Positions 38,565 to 50,443 of a stretch of 64,000 nt of DNA are shown one piece after another. The DNA is from Pyrinomonadaceae bacterium (GTDB taxonomy: Bacteria; Acidobacteriota; Blastocatellia; Pyrinomonadales; Pyrinomonadaceae), in NCBI GenBank assembly GCA_963730985.1, contig CAVSTX010000004.1, forward strand, positions 826,708 to 890,707. The letters are read 5' to 3'. The notes below the pieces were generated by a model. The model had not been told where the DNA came from, ran no database searches, and saw only the letters and a list, made by a program, of their open reading frames with translations. A program made the position numbers and the translations under genes. Position 1 is the stretch's first letter; each line of letters starts with the position of its first letter.

Positions 38565-40121
38565 TTGCCAAATGAAACTCAACACGAGACAGTCATAATA
38601 CTTGACTTCGGATCGCAGTACACTCAGCTAATCGCCCGCCGCGTCAGGGAAGCCGGTGTTTACTGTGAGATCCTGCCCTTCAACACTCCAATCGAGCGCA
38701 TCGTTGCTCGTCAGCCAAAAGGCGTCATTTTGTCAGGCAGCCCTTCATCGGTTTACTGGGAAGGCGCGCCGCGACCTGACGGCCGGCTCCTGCAAACGAT
38801 AAACAGTCCACTCCTCGGAATCTGTTATGGCTTCCAGATTCTTGCGTTCGATATGGGTGTTGAAGTCAAGGCTTCACCGAACCGGGAGTTCGGTTACGCA
38901 CGGCTCAAGGTGATCGATGACGACAGCCTTTTGTTCAAAGGACTACCTCGCGAGATGGACGTGTGGATGAGTCACGGCGATCAAGTAACGAGTGTTCCCG
39001 AAGGCTTTCGACTAACTGCACTTACTGACGACGCGCTTAACGCATTTGAAGACACCGATCGAGAAATATTCGGTGTGCAGTTTCATCCTGAAGTTGCGCA
39101 CACACCGCAAGGCACACAGTTACTACAAAACTTCCTCTTCAATATTTGCAAATGCAAAGGCGACTGGTCACCGAGCGCCGTCATACAGGAGCAGGTAGAA
39201 CGCATTCGCGAGGCAGTCGGAGAAACAGGCCGTGTCGTTTCCGGTTTGTCTGGCGGCGTGGATTCGACAGTCGCTGCTGCGCTCGTTCATCAGGCAATAG
39301 GCGATCGACAAACGTGCATCTTTGTTGATAACGGGCTGTTGAGAGAAGGCGAGTTTGAGTCGACTCTTGCACTGCTGCAGCAACGAATGAAACTCAATAT
39401 CACCGGAGTGCGTGCCGGAAAACAGTTTTTGGGTGAGCTCGATGGCATTTCAGATCCGGAGGAAAAACGGAAGCGCATCGGTAAAGTCTTTATTGACGTC
39501 TTTCAGGAGGAAGCTGAGCGAGTTGGAGACGTTCAGTTTCTCGTACAGGGCACGTTGTATCCGGACGTTATCGAGTCAGTTTCGGTGCGTGGTCCATCGT
39601 CGGTTATCAAGAGCCATCACAATGTGGGTGGTCTTCCCGAAAAGATGCATTTGAAGTTAATCGAACCGTTACGCGAATTGTTCAAGGATGAGGTGCGCCT
39701 GATTGGCAGGGAACTACGCGTTCCCGAGGAGATCCTGACTCGGCATCCTTTCCCCGGGCCTGGACTCGCGGTACGCATAATCGGGGAAGTAACTGAGGAA
39801 CGCGTTCAATTGCTGCAGGCGGCTGATCGCATTTTTGATGAAGAATTACGGGCAGCGAATCTGTATCACTCGGTTTGGCAGGCGTTCGCGGTTTTGCTTC
39901 CCGTGTCGACGGTTGGGGTGATGGGCGACGAACGAACTTATGAAAAAGTGGTGGCGCTTCGAGCGGTTACCAGCGTAGATGGAATGACGGCAGACTGGGC
40001 CCGACTGCCGCATGACACTTTGGCGCGAATTTCCTCGCGCATAATTTCGGAAATACGCGGCATCAACAGAGTTGTTTACGACATTAGTTCAAAACCGCCA
40101 AGCACGATCGAGTGGGAATAG
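38565..40121 (+). CDS. guaA: GMP synthase (glutamine-hydrolysing)
   Basis: Carries '[18 protein letters not shown]', 'SGGVDSTV' and the C-terminal 'KPPSTIEWE'. Confidence 0.95.
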   Translation: MPNETQHETVIILDFGSQYTQLIARRVREAGVYCEILPFNTPIERIVARQPKGVILSGSPSSVYWEGAPRPDGRLLQTINSPLLGICYGFQILAFDMGVEVKASPNREFGYARLKVIDDDSLLFKGLPREMDVWMSHGDQVTSVPEGFRLTALTDDALNAFEDTDREIFGVQFHPEVAHTPQGTQLLQNFLFNICKCKGDWSPSAVIQEQVERIREAVGETGRVVSGLSGGVDSTVAAALVHQAIGDRQTCIFVDNGLLREGEFESTLALLQQRMKLNITGVRAGKQFLGELDGISDPEEKRKRIGKVFIDVFQEEAERVGDVQFLVQGTLYPDVIESVSVRGPSSVIKSHHNVGGLPEKMHLKLIEPLRELFKDEVRLIGRELRVPEEILTRHPFPGPGLAVRIIGEVTEERVQLLQAADRIFDEELRAANLYHSVWQAFAVLLPVSTVGVMGDERTYEKVVALRAVTSVDGMTADWARLPHDTLARISSRIISEIRGINRVVYDISSKPPSTIEWE

Positions 40122-40130
40122 TGGACCTAG

Positions 40131-40213
40131 GCGCCGAAGGCGCGAACTGTGACAGCCTGGGCCAGCGGCCCAGGAAAGCGCCGGTCCCCAGAGACTGTTA
40201 GCGCTGAAGGCGC
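40131..40213. repeat. Cluster of short GC-rich hairpins (REP-like)
   Basis: The hairpins are gcgcc-gaa-ggcgc (40131-40143), cctgggcc-agc-ggcccagg (40156-40174) and gcgct-gaa-ggcgc (40201-40213). Confidence 0.7.
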
Positions 40214-40474
40214 GAAATAGTAACCCATGCCGCCTTTGGGCTTAAGAAACGTTAACTTAGATACCAGTGATACGAACACGTTTGGTGCGAAGCTCGATAG
40301 CGCCGTTGGCATCACCCATCGGCTGATCTAACTCGCTAAACCACTCTCGCAAAGCTCCAAAGTGTTATTTGCCGATCGTGTTCTGTGACATTGTCGTCGC
40401 CGTGATATAGTGACTCCGTTCGCTCTCTTGTTTCCTTTTTCTAATCCCAATCGACCGCTCTTTTCACGCGATTT

Positions 40475-43400
40475 ATGACGGAAAACAGATTTGCACATCT
40501 ACATCTGCACACCGACTACAGTCTTCTCGACGGCGCCATCCAAATCAAGCCTCTAGCCAAGCGAACCGAAGAACTCGGAATGACGGCGTGTGCCATGACG
40601 GATCATGGAAATATGTTTGGCGCCATCTCGTTTTACAACGCGATGAAGAGCCGCGGAATTAAACCCATCATTGGTTGTGAGACTTACATTACGCGTGGCA
40701 GCCGAAGAGATCGTGCAGCGTCAGCGCCGGGTGAAAAGGCAAACTTCCATTTGATTCTTCTGGCCAAGGATCTGGACGGTTACCGCAACCTGGTTCGCCT
40801 CACCTCGAAAGCCTACACCGAAGGGTTCTACTACAAACCGCGGATAGACAAAGAACTTCTAGCAGAACACTCGAAAGGTTTGATTGCGCTTTCCGCGTGC
40901 ATGTCTGGTGTGCCGTCTGCGATGTTGGCGCGCGACGCTTGTGACGAAGCTGCGGCGGCGGCGGTCGAGTTTGAGGAGATACTCGGAAAAGGGAACTACT
41001 TTCTGGAGATTCAGGAGCACGGGCTTGACGCGCAGCAACGCATCAGGAAACCACTCGTCGAATTGTCCCGGCGCACTGGTGTTCCCTTAGTCGCGACCAA
41101 CGATGCCCACTACCTGATGCCGGAAGACGCGCGCGCCCATGACGTGCTGCTCTGCATCGGTTCCGGCAAGACCGTAAACGACACAAACCGGCTGCGATAC
41201 AACAGTCCAAACTTCTACGTTCGCTCGCCGGAGGAGATGTGGCGGGTATTTGGAAGCGAGTTACCCGATGCCCTGACGAGAACGGTGGAGATTGCCGAGC
41301 GGTGCGATCTGAAACTCCCCGAAAACATTAACCACCTGCCAAACTACCCGATACCTGTTGGCGAGGCGGCTTCACCTGACGAATACTTCGAGAAAGTAGT
41401 CAGAGACGGATTTGAACGGCGCCGGCAGCGCGTCTGGGACGGCCAGCAGGCGAGAGGCGAGCTCAGGTACCCCATTTCCGATTATCAGACGCGACTCACT
41501 AATGAGATTGCGATGATTAAGCAGATGGGTTTCTCCGGTTACTTCCTAATCGTTTGGGACTTTGTCAGGTACGCCAAAGAAAACTCCATTCCGGTCGGCC
41601 CCGGCCGCGGTTCTTCTGCGGGCTCGCTCGTCGCCTACTGTCTCGAGATTACTGATGTAGATCCTTTACAGTACGACCTTATCTTCGAGCGATTCCTTAA
41701 CCCCGGTCGAATCTCCCTTCCTGACATTGATATCGATTTCTGCGTGCGAGGGAGGGGCGACGTCATTAACCACGTCGCCAATCTTTACGGCCGCGATTCG
41801 GTTTGCCAAATCATCACCTTCGGCACTCTCGCTTCCCGCGCCGCGATTAAGGATGTCGGCCGCGCGTTAGAGATGCCTTATTCAGAAGTCGAACGTATTG
41901 CCAAGATGATTCCTCCGCCCGTTCGGGGCAGGAACGTGTCGCTGGCTCAGGCTTTGGAGCAGGTGCCAGAGCTTAAGAAAGAGATTGAAACCAACCCGAC
42001 AGTCAGGGAATTGATGGAGATTGCGCAGCGCCTGGAAGGCTGTGCTCGCCATTCATCTGTGCACGCTGCAGGCGTCGTTATCGCACCCGTACCCCTGCAG
42101 GAATTAATTCCTATTGCAGTTTCCGGGAAGGAAGAAGTGACCACGCAGTATGTCATGTCTGATCTCGAAAAGACGGGCATGCTTAAGATGGACTTTTTAG
42201 CGCTTACCGCTTTAACTGTTATAAATGATTGCTTAACGAGCATTAAGCAACTGCTTGGTCAGGAGATTAACTGGCCTGCTATAGCGCTTAACGACGAGAA
42301 GACCATGGCAGTTTTCGGGGAAGGGCGCACTGATGCGGTGTTTCAGTTTGAGTCTTCCGGTATGCAGGAAATCTGCCGCAAGCTTAAGCCTAAGGGCGTT
42401 GAGGACCTCTCGGCTTTAAATGCGCTTTACCGGCCCGGCCCACTCGACGGCGGCATGGTTGAAGAGTTCATTCAACGGCATCGGGGACAGAAAGCGGTTC
42501 GCTATCTTGTCCCGGAGATGAAGGAAATTCTCAGCAACACTTTTGGCGTCCTGGTCTACCAGGAACAGATTATGCAGCTCGCCCAAAAGCTCGCGGGTTA
42601 CACGCTCAGCGAGGCGGACCTCATGCGGCGAGCGATGGGTAAGAAAAAGCGCGAGGAGATGGCGCTTCACCAGGAGAAGTTTGTCAAAGGCGCGGTTGAG
42701 CGGGGCATTAAGAAGGAGAAGGCGGAAAAGATCTTTTCCCTCATGGAGAAGTTTTCCGATTACGGGTTCCCACGCAGCCACTCCGTCGCATATGCGTTTC
42801 TTGCCTTTCAAACTGCCTACCTGAAGGCGCATTTCCCCGAACACTTTTACGCGGCGGTGTTATCGAGCGAAGCTCAGGATGCGGCCAAAGTATTTAAGTA
42901 TTCGAAAGAGCTGCGTGCGCAAGCGATCAAACTGCTGCCGCCTGACGTCAACGAGAGTTTTGCGGGATTTACACCGCTGCAGGGCGCCATTCGTTATGGG
43001 CTGGCTGCGATTAAAGGCCTCGGTCACTCCATCGTTAACTCAATAATCGAAGCGCGAAGTGCCGGCCCGTTCAAATCGCTTTTTGACTTCGCCGAACGAC
43101 TGGGCCAGGGAAACCTGAACAAGCGGGTCCTCGAGGGTCTCGTTGGAGCGGGCGCCTTCGATTCGCTTAAACCCGAATCGCGCGACCTGCACGAATGGCG
43201 TGGGGCCTCATTTGAATGCATCGACGCAGCGCTCTCCCGCGCGCAACGCGCGAAACGAGAAAAGCTACTCGGTCAAAATGGACTCTTCGGTTCGTCCGGT
43301 GACGCAGCGGAGATCGAGGAGCATCCACCGATTGCCAGGACACCATGGACCACATCTCAACTCTTGTTTGCAGAGAAAGCGGCGCTTGGTTTTTACATCA

Positions 43401-44005
43401 CGAGTCATCCACTAGGGAACTACTCTTTTGTGCTGCAAAACGCCAAAGCCGCTAAGTCTGTCGATCTACCGACAATGACAAGCGGAATTCGAATTAGCCT
43501 CGGCGGTATCATCAACGATCTTCAGCCTCGAACCACGAAGAAGGGTGATCGGTTCGCGCTGCTGAGACTTGAGGATGAGTCCGGCGGCACAAAATGCGTT
43601 CTTTGGCCAGAAACTTATCGCAAGTATTCCAGCCTGGTGAAGAACGATTTGCCCGTGTTGGTATCAGGGCGTCTTGAGGTTGGTGAAGACAATCCTCCGT
43701 CGATTATTGTCGATCAGGTACAGAGTTTGGACGAATTAGTGAAAGCTAAGGAGTTGGTTGTCCTTCGCGTTCCCGCGGCTGAAGATCCGGCTGAATTGTT
43801 TGACAACATTCTCCACCTGATAAATACCCATGCGGGCAGCTGCGAAGTGATGTTGGAAACTGCCCTGGAGGCCGATCTTTTGGTGCGTGTAAGTGTGAAT
43901 CCGTCGCTCCGAATCGAGCGCAGTGAAAGACTGGAAAGCGCATTGCGAAGTGCCGGCTGCAATTTAAAGGTGGAGAAGGTCGCGCTCGCCGCCGGCAGCA
44001 ACTAG
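40475..44005 (+). CDS. dnaE: DNA polymerase III subunit alpha
   Basis: 1176 aa. It has the PHP domain '[15 protein letters not shown]', '[12 protein letters not shown]' and 'PDIDIDF'. Confidence 0.95.
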   Translation: MTENRFAHLHLHTDYSLLDGAIQIKPLAKRTEELGMTACAMTDHGNMFGAISFYNAMKSRGIKPIIGCETYITRGSRRDRAASAPGEKANFHLILLAKDLDGYRNLVRLTSKAYTEGFYYKPRIDKELLAEHSKGLIALSACMSGVPSAMLARDACDEAAAAAVEFEEILGKGNYFLEIQEHGLDAQQRIRKPLVELSRRTGVPLVATNDAHYLMPEDARAHDVLLCIGSGKTVNDTNRLRYNSPNFYVRSPEEMWRVFGSELPDALTRTVEIAERCDLKLPENINHLPNYPIPVGEAASPDEYFEKVVRDGFERRRQRVWDGQQARGELRYPISDYQTRLTNEIAMIKQMGFSGYFLIVWDFVRYAKENSIPVGPGRGSSAGSLVAYCLEITDVDPLQYDLIFERFLNPGRISLPDIDIDFCVRGRGDVINHVANLYGRDSVCQIITFGTLASRAAIKDVGRALEMPYSEVERIAKMIPPPVRGRNVSLAQALEQVPELKKEIETNPTVRELMEIAQRLEGCARHSSVHAAGVVIAPVPLQELIPIAVSGKEEVTTQYVMSDLEKTGMLKMDFLALTALTVINDCLTSIKQLLGQEINWPAIALNDEKTMAVFGEGRTDAVFQFESSGMQEICRKLKPKGVEDLSALNALYRPGPLDGGMVEEFIQRHRGQKAVRYLVPEMKEILSNTFGVLVYQEQIMQLAQKLAGYTLSEADLMRRAMGKKKREEMALHQEKFVKGAVERGIKKEKAEKIFSLMEKFSDYGFPRSHSVAYAFLAFQTAYLKAHFPEHFYAAVLSSEAQDAAKVFKYSKELRAQAIKLLPPDVNESFAGFTPLQGAIRYGLAAIKGLGHSIVNSIIEARSAGPFKSLFDFAERLGQGNLNKRVLEGLVGAGAFDSLKPESRDLHEWRGASFECIDAALSRAQRAKREKLLGQNGLFGSSGDAAEIEEHPPIARTPWTTSQLLFAEKAALGFYITSHPLGNYSFVLQNAKAAKSVDLPTMTSGIRISLGGIINDLQPRTTKKGDRFALLRLEDESGGTKCVLWPETYRKYSSLVKNDLPVLVSGRLEVGEDNPPSIIVDQVQSLDELVKAKELVVLRVPAAEDPAELFDNILHLINTHAGSCEVMLETALEADLLVRVSVNPSLRIERSERLESALRSAGCNLKVEKVALAAGSN

Positions 44006-44007
44006 AA

Positions 44008-44871
44008 TTGTCATCAGTGTCCAAAAAGCAAAAACAGGCTGAACCGGAAAAACCGGCGGAACCCGTAGGGCAGCTGTCCGCGATGGAGCGGGTGCAACTT
44101 GCGCGTCACCCCGAACGTCCGCACACCTTAGACTTCGTTGAACGGTTGTTCGACGAGTTTGTCGAGTTGCACGGTGATCGGCGCTTTGCAGACGACCCGG
44201 CGCTGGTGTGTGGTTCGGCAAGATTCCACGGTTTGCCGATCATGCTCGTCGGGCACCAAAAGGGACGCGACACCAAGACACGTAAGTTTCGCAATTTCGG
44301 AATGTCGAAGCCGGAGGGCTACCGGAAGGCGTTGCGTTTAATGAAAATGGCTGAGAAGTTTGGCCGTCCAATCTTTTCGTTTATAGACACGCCCGGAGCG
44401 TATCCTGGCATCGACGCTGAAGAACGCGGCCAGGCTGAAGCTATTGCTTACAACTTGCGCGAGATGGCGCGGCTGAAAGTTCCGGTTATCGTCACGGTAA
44501 TCGGGGAGGGTGGATCCGGAGGCGCGCTGGCGATTGGAGTCGGTGATCAGGTAATGATGCTCGAGAATGCGATCTATTCCGTGATCTCACCTGAAGGATG
44601 CGCGGCAATACTTTGGAAGGACGCCAAACTTGCCGACCAGGCGGCAACTGGTTTGCGCCTTACAGCTCAGGATCTATTCGAAGAAAAGATTGTAGACAAG
44701 ATAATCACCGAACCCGCTGGCGGAGCGCATAACGACTACGACAAAGCAGCACGTTACCTCGACGCGGCCCTAACCGAACGACTTGCCGAGGCTGTCAGTT
44801 GTAGTCAGGACGAAAGACTTAGTCGCAGATACAAAAAGCTTCGACAATTTGGGCGATGGGGAACCGCCTAA
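44008..44871 (+). CDS. accA: Acetyl-CoA carboxylase carboxyltransferase subunit alpha
   Basis: Carries 'LARHPERP', '[13 protein letters not shown]' and '[22 protein letters not shown]'. The order dnaE-accA is classical. Confidence 0.9.
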   Translation: MSSVSKKQKQAEPEKPAEPVGQLSAMERVQLARHPERPHTLDFVERLFDEFVELHGDRRFADDPALVCGSARFHGLPIMLVGHQKGRDTKTRKFRNFGMSKPEGYRKALRLMKMAEKFGRPIFSFIDTPGAYPGIDAEERGQAEAIAYNLREMARLKVPVIVTVIGEGGSGGALAIGVGDQVMMLENAIYSVISPEGCAAILWKDAKLADQAATGLRLTAQDLFEEKIVDKIITEPAGGAHNDYDKAARYLDAALTERLAEAVSCSQDERLSRRYKKLRQFGRWGTA

Positions 44872-44905
44872 AATGTCGAAGCTCGTTTTGGTTATTCCTG
44901 ATTAA

Positions 44906-45325
44906 CTAAAAAGGAATGTCGTCGTCAACAATGTCGGTTGGTTCGCTGCTCGCGCCTGCTGCGGCCGCCCGTTCCATCTGAGGTTCCTCGCCACCTCTGC
45001 CACCGCCAATAAACTGCATGTCCGTCGCATGAACTTCCAACGTATGTCGTGGTTTGCCGTCGCGATCGGTCCACTCCTCAACTCGCAGTCGACCTTCAAT
45101 GTAAACGGGGCGGCCCTTCGATAGATACTGAGAAGCAGTTTCGGCCTGACGACCCCAAAGCGTAATCCTGAACCACGTAGTTTGGTCTTGCATCTCGCCG
45201 CTCTTATCTTTTCGCCGTTCATTCGTCGCCATACTAAAACTACAAACCGGCGTTCCCTGCGGCGTATAACGTAGTTCCGGATCACGGCCAAGATTGCCAA
45301 CAAGAATGACTTTATTGAAGGACAT
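44906..45325 (-). CDS. ssb: Single-stranded DNA-binding protein
   Basis: 'MSFNKVILVGNLGRDPELRYTPQG' is followed by an acidic tail ending 'DDDIPF'. Confidence 0.95.
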   Translation of the reverse strand: MSFNKVILVGNLGRDPELRYTPQGTPVCSFSMATNERRKDKSGEMQDQTTWFRITLWGRQAETASQYLSKGRPVYIEGRLRVEEWTDRDGKPRHTLEVHATDMQFIGGGRGGEEPQMERAAAAGASSEPTDIVDDDIPF

Positions 45326-45509
45326 GAGGGACCTCGCAGCACACTAAATTTTTCGAAATCGGGCGCAATCCTACTCATCGATCAGACGATGGTCAAGTTG
45401 CTTGCAAATTATGGGTTTTACAGTTGAAAGCAAAAATTCCAGTATCGCGTTTGTCTCGCCAATTCTGTTAGACTACACGCGAAAATCGACTTGTTTGCAC
45501 GATTGATCG

Positions 45510-46850
45510 ATGAGTTCCAAAGTTTACATCGAGACGTTTGGTTGTCAGATGAACGTTGCTGATACCGAACGCGCGGCGACCGGTTTGCGCAAAGCCGGTT
45601 ATGAGATCGCCACCGAGGCTGAGGGCGCGGATGTCGTGTTGCTCAACACCTGTTCGGTCCGGGAGCGAGCGGAGCGCAAGATCTTCAGGCGCATTGGCGA
45701 GATACGGAAGCTTAAGACGGCAGAACGCAAAAGACCGTTGATTGGTGTGATGGGTTGCGTCGCCCAGCTGGAAGGAAACGAGGTTTTTAAGAGTGCGCCG
45801 GCCGTTGACATGGTGATCGGTACGCGGGCGACAGATCGCATTCCTTCGCTAATTGCACGCGCGGACGCCGGTGAAAAAGCATTGATAGACCTCGATGAGC
45901 GCGGGGAATCCGACGTTTGGGACATTTCACCTGCCGAACGCCGCTCTCCTTACGTGGCATTTGTTCCGATCATCGAGGGATGTAATAAGTTTTGTTCTTT
46001 CTGCATTGTTCCGTATTCACGTGGACGCGAGAAAAGTCGCAGCGCGCGCGAGATCATCGATGAAGTAGTGAATCTACGCGGACTTGGCTACAAGGAAGTT
46101 CATTTGATCGGACAAAACGTCAACAGCTACCGCCCGAAAAATGACGACGGACTGGAGAGCTTTGGCGGCGCCACACCTTTCTCCCGATTACTTCGGGCGG
46201 TTGCCGCAACGAAAATGGAACGAATCAAATTTACAACTTCGTTCCCCAGAGACTTTCATCCTGATATAGTGTCCGCGATAGGGGAATGTCCCAATCTATG
46301 CGACTGGGTTCACCTGCCGGCGCAATCGGGCAGCGATCGAATACTGAAGGCTATGCGCCGCGGTCATAAAGTAGACGACTACTTGCAGCGCGTCGACGTG
46401 ATCAAGAATTCGCCGCGAAGGTTGTCATTGACCAGCGATATCATCGTTGGTTTCCCAGGTGAAACCGATCAGGATTTCGCGGACACTTTAGACCTGGTTC
46501 GCAAGTGCAGTTACGACGCGCTTTATATCTTTAAGTATTCGAAACGTTCGGGTACGCCGGCGGCGGCGCTCGATGACGAGATTCCGGAAATAGTGAAACG
46601 CGACCGCTTCCTGGCTTTGGAAGAATTGCAGACATCGATTCAAACCAAGATTTACAACGGGTATGTCGGGAAGCAGTTAAGTGTGCTGGTGGAAAGGCAG
46701 AGCGCGCGTTCAACCGAAGACATGGCCGGACACTCGACCTGCCACAAGGTCGTTAACTTTAGAGCTGGCGAATCGACAGCGGGCGCAATCGTTGACGTGC
46801 TGGTCTCCCACGCTAAGCCAAACAGCCTCTACGGAGTATTAAAGGGTTAG
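45510..46850 (+). CDS. miaB: tRNA-2-methylthio-N6-dimethylallyladenosine synthase
   Basis: Carries 'KVYIETFGCQMNVADTE' and the radical-SAM motif 'CNKFCSFCIVP', with a TRAM C-terminus. Confidence 0.9.
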   Translation: MSSKVYIETFGCQMNVADTERAATGLRKAGYEIATEAEGADVVLLNTCSVRERAERKIFRRIGEIRKLKTAERKRPLIGVMGCVAQLEGNEVFKSAPAVDMVIGTRATDRIPSLIARADAGEKALIDLDERGESDVWDISPAERRSPYVAFVPIIEGCNKFCSFCIVPYSRGREKSRSAREIIDEVVNLRGLGYKEVHLIGQNVNSYRPKNDDGLESFGGATPFSRLLRAVAATKMERIKFTTSFPRDFHPDIVSAIGECPNLCDWVHLPAQSGSDRILKAMRRGHKVDDYLQRVDVIKNSPRRLSLTSDIIVGFPGETDQDFADTLDLVRKCSYDALYIFKYSKRSGTPAAALDDEIPEIVKRDRFLALEELQTSIQTKIYNGYVGKQLSVLVERQSARSTEDMAGHSTCHKVVNFRAGESTAGAIVDVLVSHAKPNSLYGVLKG

Positions 46851-46853
46851 ATA

Positions 46854-47381
46854 ATGGAACTCGGGGATGATCAAAGGCAGGAAGGTATGGAGATCGAAGT
46901 AAAAATCCGCGCGCTCATGATGGACCCGAACAGCGGTACGCCAATCATCATTCTGAAAGACGTCGCCAGCGATACGATGTTGCCGATCTGGGTAGGTGCT
47001 TATGAAGCCAACGCGATCGCGTTGGAGATTGAGAAGATTGCGCCACCTCGTCCGATGACTCACGACCTGTTGCGCAATCTGATAATCGAGTTGGGAATTC
47101 AAGTCGAACGTGTCGTGGTAACGAGTCTGAAAGACAACACGTTCTTCGCAGTTATCGAGATGCGTATGAGCGACGGAAACCGCATGGTCCTTGATTCACG
47201 ACCGTCAGACGCGATTGCGCTTGCGCTGCGCGCGGATTGTCCTATCTTCGTGGACGCGGAAGTCATCAAGGCATCACGCAACACAGTTCCTTCGGAGGAC
47301 GAAGAGGGAAGTGAAGAGTCACCCCTGGGTGAAGAAGAATGGCCGGACGTCATCGGCGAAGCCGGCGATCTCCCGATGTGA
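46854..47381 (+). CDS. Bifunctional nuclease (BFN/DUF151) family protein
   Basis: Carries 'PIIILKD....MLPIWVGAYEANAIA' and 'RPMTHDLL'. Confidence 0.75.
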   Translation: MELGDDQRQEGMEIEVKIRALMMDPNSGTPIIILKDVASDTMLPIWVGAYEANAIALEIEKIAPPRPMTHDLLRNLIIELGIQVERVVVTSLKDNTFFAVIEMRMSDGNRMVLDSRPSDAIALALRADCPIFVDAEVIKASRNTVPSEDEEGSEESPLGEEEWPDVIGEAGDLPM

Positions 47382-47412
47382 TTGTTATGTTGATTACTGT
47401 ATTCGGTAGCGA

Positions 47413-48168
47413 ATGATAATTGCCATCGCAAATCAAAAAGGTGGCGTAGGAAAGACGACTACTGCTATCAATTTGGCTGCCGCATTCGCCAGACTGGGCA
47501 AACGTGTCCTCCTCCTCGACTTAGATCCACAAGCCAACAGTTCGATTTCCTTTCTCGATCCACTTTCCGTCGAAAGATCGGCGTACGAGTTGATGACCGA
47601 TGGGCAGGCTCCGGTTGAACAGTCAGTTTATCGGACGCCGGTCGAAGGACTTGATCTGATTCCCGCGCGCATCAATCTGGCAAAACTTGAAGCAAAGCTG
47701 GTCGGCGACTTCGACGCCCCGTTCCGGCTCAAGGACCGTCTTTCACCATTTCGCGATCAGTATCCCGTAATCGTCATCGATACACCTCCGACGCTCGGAC
47801 TGATTACCGTGAACGCTTTGGTCGCGGCGTCCCACGTACTCGTTCCCATTCAATCGTCTTACTTTGCGCTTGAGGGAACTGACGACTTGCTTGAGACGAT
47901 AGAGAAGGTGAAAGCGCGGCCGAACCCACAGCTCGAGCTGCTAGGCGTGTTGGTCACATTGCACGACAAACGCACGACGCTGGCGAGAGAAGTTTACGAA
48001 CAGATCAAGAAAGTCTTTGGTCCGAAGTTGTTTGAGACGGTGATTACCAAGAGCGTTCGGCTGGAAGAGTCGCCCGCCTACAAGGAATCGATCTTTAGCT
48101 TCGCGCCTAATTCATCGGGTGCGATCGAATACGCAAATCTCTGCAATGAGGTATTAACACGTGTCTAA
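47413..48168 (+). CDS. parA: Chromosome partitioning ATPase ParA/Soj
   Basis: The deviant Walker A 'IANQKGGVGKTTTAINLA' is present. Confidence 0.9.
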   Translation: MIIAIANQKGGVGKTTTAINLAAAFARLGKRVLLLDLDPQANSSISFLDPLSVERSAYELMTDGQAPVEQSVYRTPVEGLDLIPARINLAKLEAKLVGDFDAPFRLKDRLSPFRDQYPVIVIDTPPTLGLITVNALVAASHVLVPIQSSYFALEGTDDLLETIEKVKARPNPQLELLGVLVTLHDKRTTLAREVYEQIKKVFGPKLFETVITKSVRLEESPAYKESIFSFAPNSSGAIEYANLCNEVLTRV

Positions 48169-49006
48169 ACGGGGACTACCAACCGGCCTCCAGATGCGCC
48201 ACGACGCGCATTACGTGGAAGAGCTTTCCCAGCATCAGCCCGCATCCGTCGGGCGCATGATCCCTCTGGACAAGATCGATCCAAATCCCGAGCAACCGCG
48301 CACTGAGTTTGGCGACTTGACGGAGTTGACTGCATCGATAGCTGAGAAGGGCGTGCTGGAGCCGTTGCTGGTAAAACCGTCGCGCCAGACCGGTCGCTGG
48401 ATGATCATAGCGGGAGAGCGGCGATTCAGAGCTGCCCGGGCTGCAGGTTTACGTGAGCTTCCGTGTGTAGAAATGGAAGTTGACGAGGGCACAGTTGCGG
48501 AGATTGCGCTGATCGAAAACATGCAGCGCAAAGATCTGACTGTCTGGGAAGAAGCTGACGGGTTATTGGCTTTGTGCGAGAAGTTTGGATACACGCACGA
48601 GGAAGTTGCTCGCAAGGTAGGAAAGAGCCGCAGCACCGTCACTGAGGCTCTGTCCATTGCCGCAATTCCCGACGACATTAGAACTCTTTGCCGTGAGGCC
48701 GACGTTAACGCCAAGTCGATGCTGCTACAGATCGTCCGTCAGCCGGACGAAGAGAGCATGAGACGACTAGCAAAACAGATAACCTCGAGAGGTTTAACGC
48801 GCGAAGACGCCAGGGAAGTAAGAAGACAGGAAATGGGACCGCGCGTGGCTGGTGAGAATAAACCTTACGTCTTCAAATACGCTTCGCCCACGAAAGAGTT
48901 TAGCCTGGAAGTAAAGTTTCGAAGGTCAGAAGTAACTACTCACGATGTTGCCCAGGCACTTCGATCAGTCGCCAAGAATATCGACGGCGGCGCCAACCAA
49001 ACTTGA
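48161..49006 (+). CDS. parB: Chromosome partitioning protein ParB/Spo0J
   Basis: Carries 'NPEQPR', 'IIAGERRFRAARAAGL' and an HTH 'THEEVARKVGKSRSTVTE'. Confidence 0.9.
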   Translation: MSKRGLPTGLQMRHDAHYVEELSQHQPASVGRMIPLDKIDPNPEQPRTEFGDLTELTASIAEKGVLEPLLVKPSRQTGRWMIIAGERRFRAARAAGLRELPCVEMEVDEGTVAEIALIENMQRKDLTVWEEADGLLALCEKFGYTHEEVARKVGKSRSTVTEALSIAAIPDDIRTLCREADVNAKSMLLQIVRQPDEESMRRLAKQITSRGLTREDAREVRRQEMGPRVAGENKPYVFKYASPTKEFSLEVKFRRSEVTTHDVAQALRSVAKNIDGGANQT

Positions 49007-49033
49007 GAGGCTCTGTTACATCGACCCAAACGG

Positions 49034-49533
49034 AATTTCTCATTTCACATTTCACATTTCTCATTTGTCATTGCCGTCTATCCCTCTCCCACTGGGAGAG
49101 GGTTCCAGTCTGAAGTGCAACTTCGACGCGCGTTGGATCGCGTCAACGCAGTAGGTGGAAGAATACAGAACCGGGAGCGAACCGGGATGGTAGCGACCGG
49201 GTTCAAGCTGGAATGCGACTCATGATCAGCTCCAATAGAGCCAGAAGGAATGAATCACGTCCGCCATTGTCCGTAACCGCCAATTTATGGTCCTGCCTCT
49301 TCGTACAAATCGCTTCTCGATGCCATACAAGAACCTGGACGATCTCGAGGACCAAAGCTGATAGCCATTCGAGCTGGAATCCGGTCGCTACCACCACCCC
49401 ACGCGGGCTGCCCGCGGGCCCGGTTCGCTCCCGGTTCTGTCTTTTTCGACACACGATGTCGCACGTAAAAAACCGTTGCACGTGAAGTTGAATCTGCGAA
49501 TGAGAAATATGAAATGAGATATGGAAAATGGTT
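49034..49533. repeat. Composite nested inverted-repeat region downstream of parB
   Basis: A CATTTCA-type heptamer array (49034-49075) is mirrored by an inverted AATGAGA-type array (49499-49533). A 9-bp hairpin, ccctctccc-act-gggagaggg, lies at 49082-49102. A TIR-bounded element sits inside. Confidence 0.8.
49165..49440. mobile_element. MITE-like or structured element with 22-bp perfect terminal inverted repeats
   Basis: ACAGAACCGGGAGCGAACCGGG (49165-49186) is the exact reverse complement of 49419-49440. A further 13-bp pair, tggtagcgaccgg (49188-49200) and 49381-49393, lies inside. No transposase is present. Mobility is inferred only. Confidence 0.45.
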
Positions 49534-49559
49534 TGGTTTAACTTAACGAGAAGGTCACT

Positions 49560-50096
49560 CTACTTCTTCTTCTGTGCCGCCGCCTGTTTCTGTAGTCCTT
49601 TGGCCCAGCGTTCGAGCGTTGGTTGAATTGGTTTGAATAGGCGCGCGCGGAAAGTGTGCTTCTTCTCGTTCCAGGCCTTCAAATGCTTCTCAGTGTACGC
49701 ACGGACCGCCGGCTCTAGCTGACTCTTCTTCATCGAGTGCTTCAAGGTGAAGTGATAATGCTGTCCAACGAGGGAAAAAAGTGTCGCTGAAAGATTTCCC
49801 TTCAAGGAAATGCGCGGGACGATCCGTTTGTGAAACGGCTTGTTTGCCGGAAGCAAGACGCCCATCGCTATCTCCAGCCACGCGCCTTTCGGTCCTTGTC
49901 TTGGGTGATATAAGCCCGGCAGCTCGGTGGCCTGAAGCATTCCCTTCAAACGCGGCTCAGTGATGTACTCCACGATCCTGACGCGCTCAAGTCCGCGCGT
50001 ATGCTCGCGCGGCAAACTGTCAAACGCTTCCTCGATGTGACCCACTACGTCCGCAGGCAGTTTCCTGCCAATCTGACTCTCAACTTTTATTGCCAC
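49560..50096 (-). CDS. Hypothetical protein (basic C-terminus)
   Basis: A 178-aa ORF with no motif I recognise. Coding is supported only by its length and isolated position. Confidence 0.4.
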   Translation of the reverse strand: MAIKVESQIGRKLPADVVGHIEEAFDSLPREHTRGLERVRIVEYITEPRLKGMLQATELPGLYHPRQGPKGAWLEIAMGVLLPANKPFHKRIVPRISLKGNLSATLFSLVGQHYHFTLKHSMKKSQLEPAVRAYTEKHLKAWNEKKHTFRARLFKPIQPTLERWAKGLQKQAAAQKKK

Positions 50097-50443
50097 TATT
50101 AGTACAGCCTCTTTAATTGAAGTTTGGTTTTAATGACAGCGTCCGTACTCTAGGTGATGGTTTTTCGAGCGTCAAGTTTGCCTAAAAACAGACCACATCC
50201 GCTCCTACAAAACCACCTACAGAACTCTCAACTGTCAGCAAAGGTTGATAGCGAGTCTACAAAAGTTGACACGACGAACCTGCGCGACTGAGCAAATTGT
50301 TAGTGTTTCAAATCACAGCCTGCGGGCATAGAGCTTGCATCGTCAAATTTAACTTCTCACGAAGAATATTCATGAACGTCGAACCCTCGATGCCAATCAA
50401 GGACTGACGCTCACATTCTTTTTCAGTTCACTTGAGGTGAGCC

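Noticed and set aside
40127-40315. A 62-aa ORF on the minus strand after guaA.
   Set aside because: Its translation ('..PGPLAQAVTVRAFGA') runs through the GC-rich hairpin repeats. This is a typical spurious ORF created by REP-like elements.
49203-49485. A pair of antiparallel ORFs of about 90 aa (49203..49481 on the minus strand and 49213..49485 on the plus strand).
   Set aside because: They span the inverted-repeat element and mirror each other, as expected for a palindromic sequence. They are Arg/Ser/Pro-rich with no motif and no RBS, so I treat them as non-coding.
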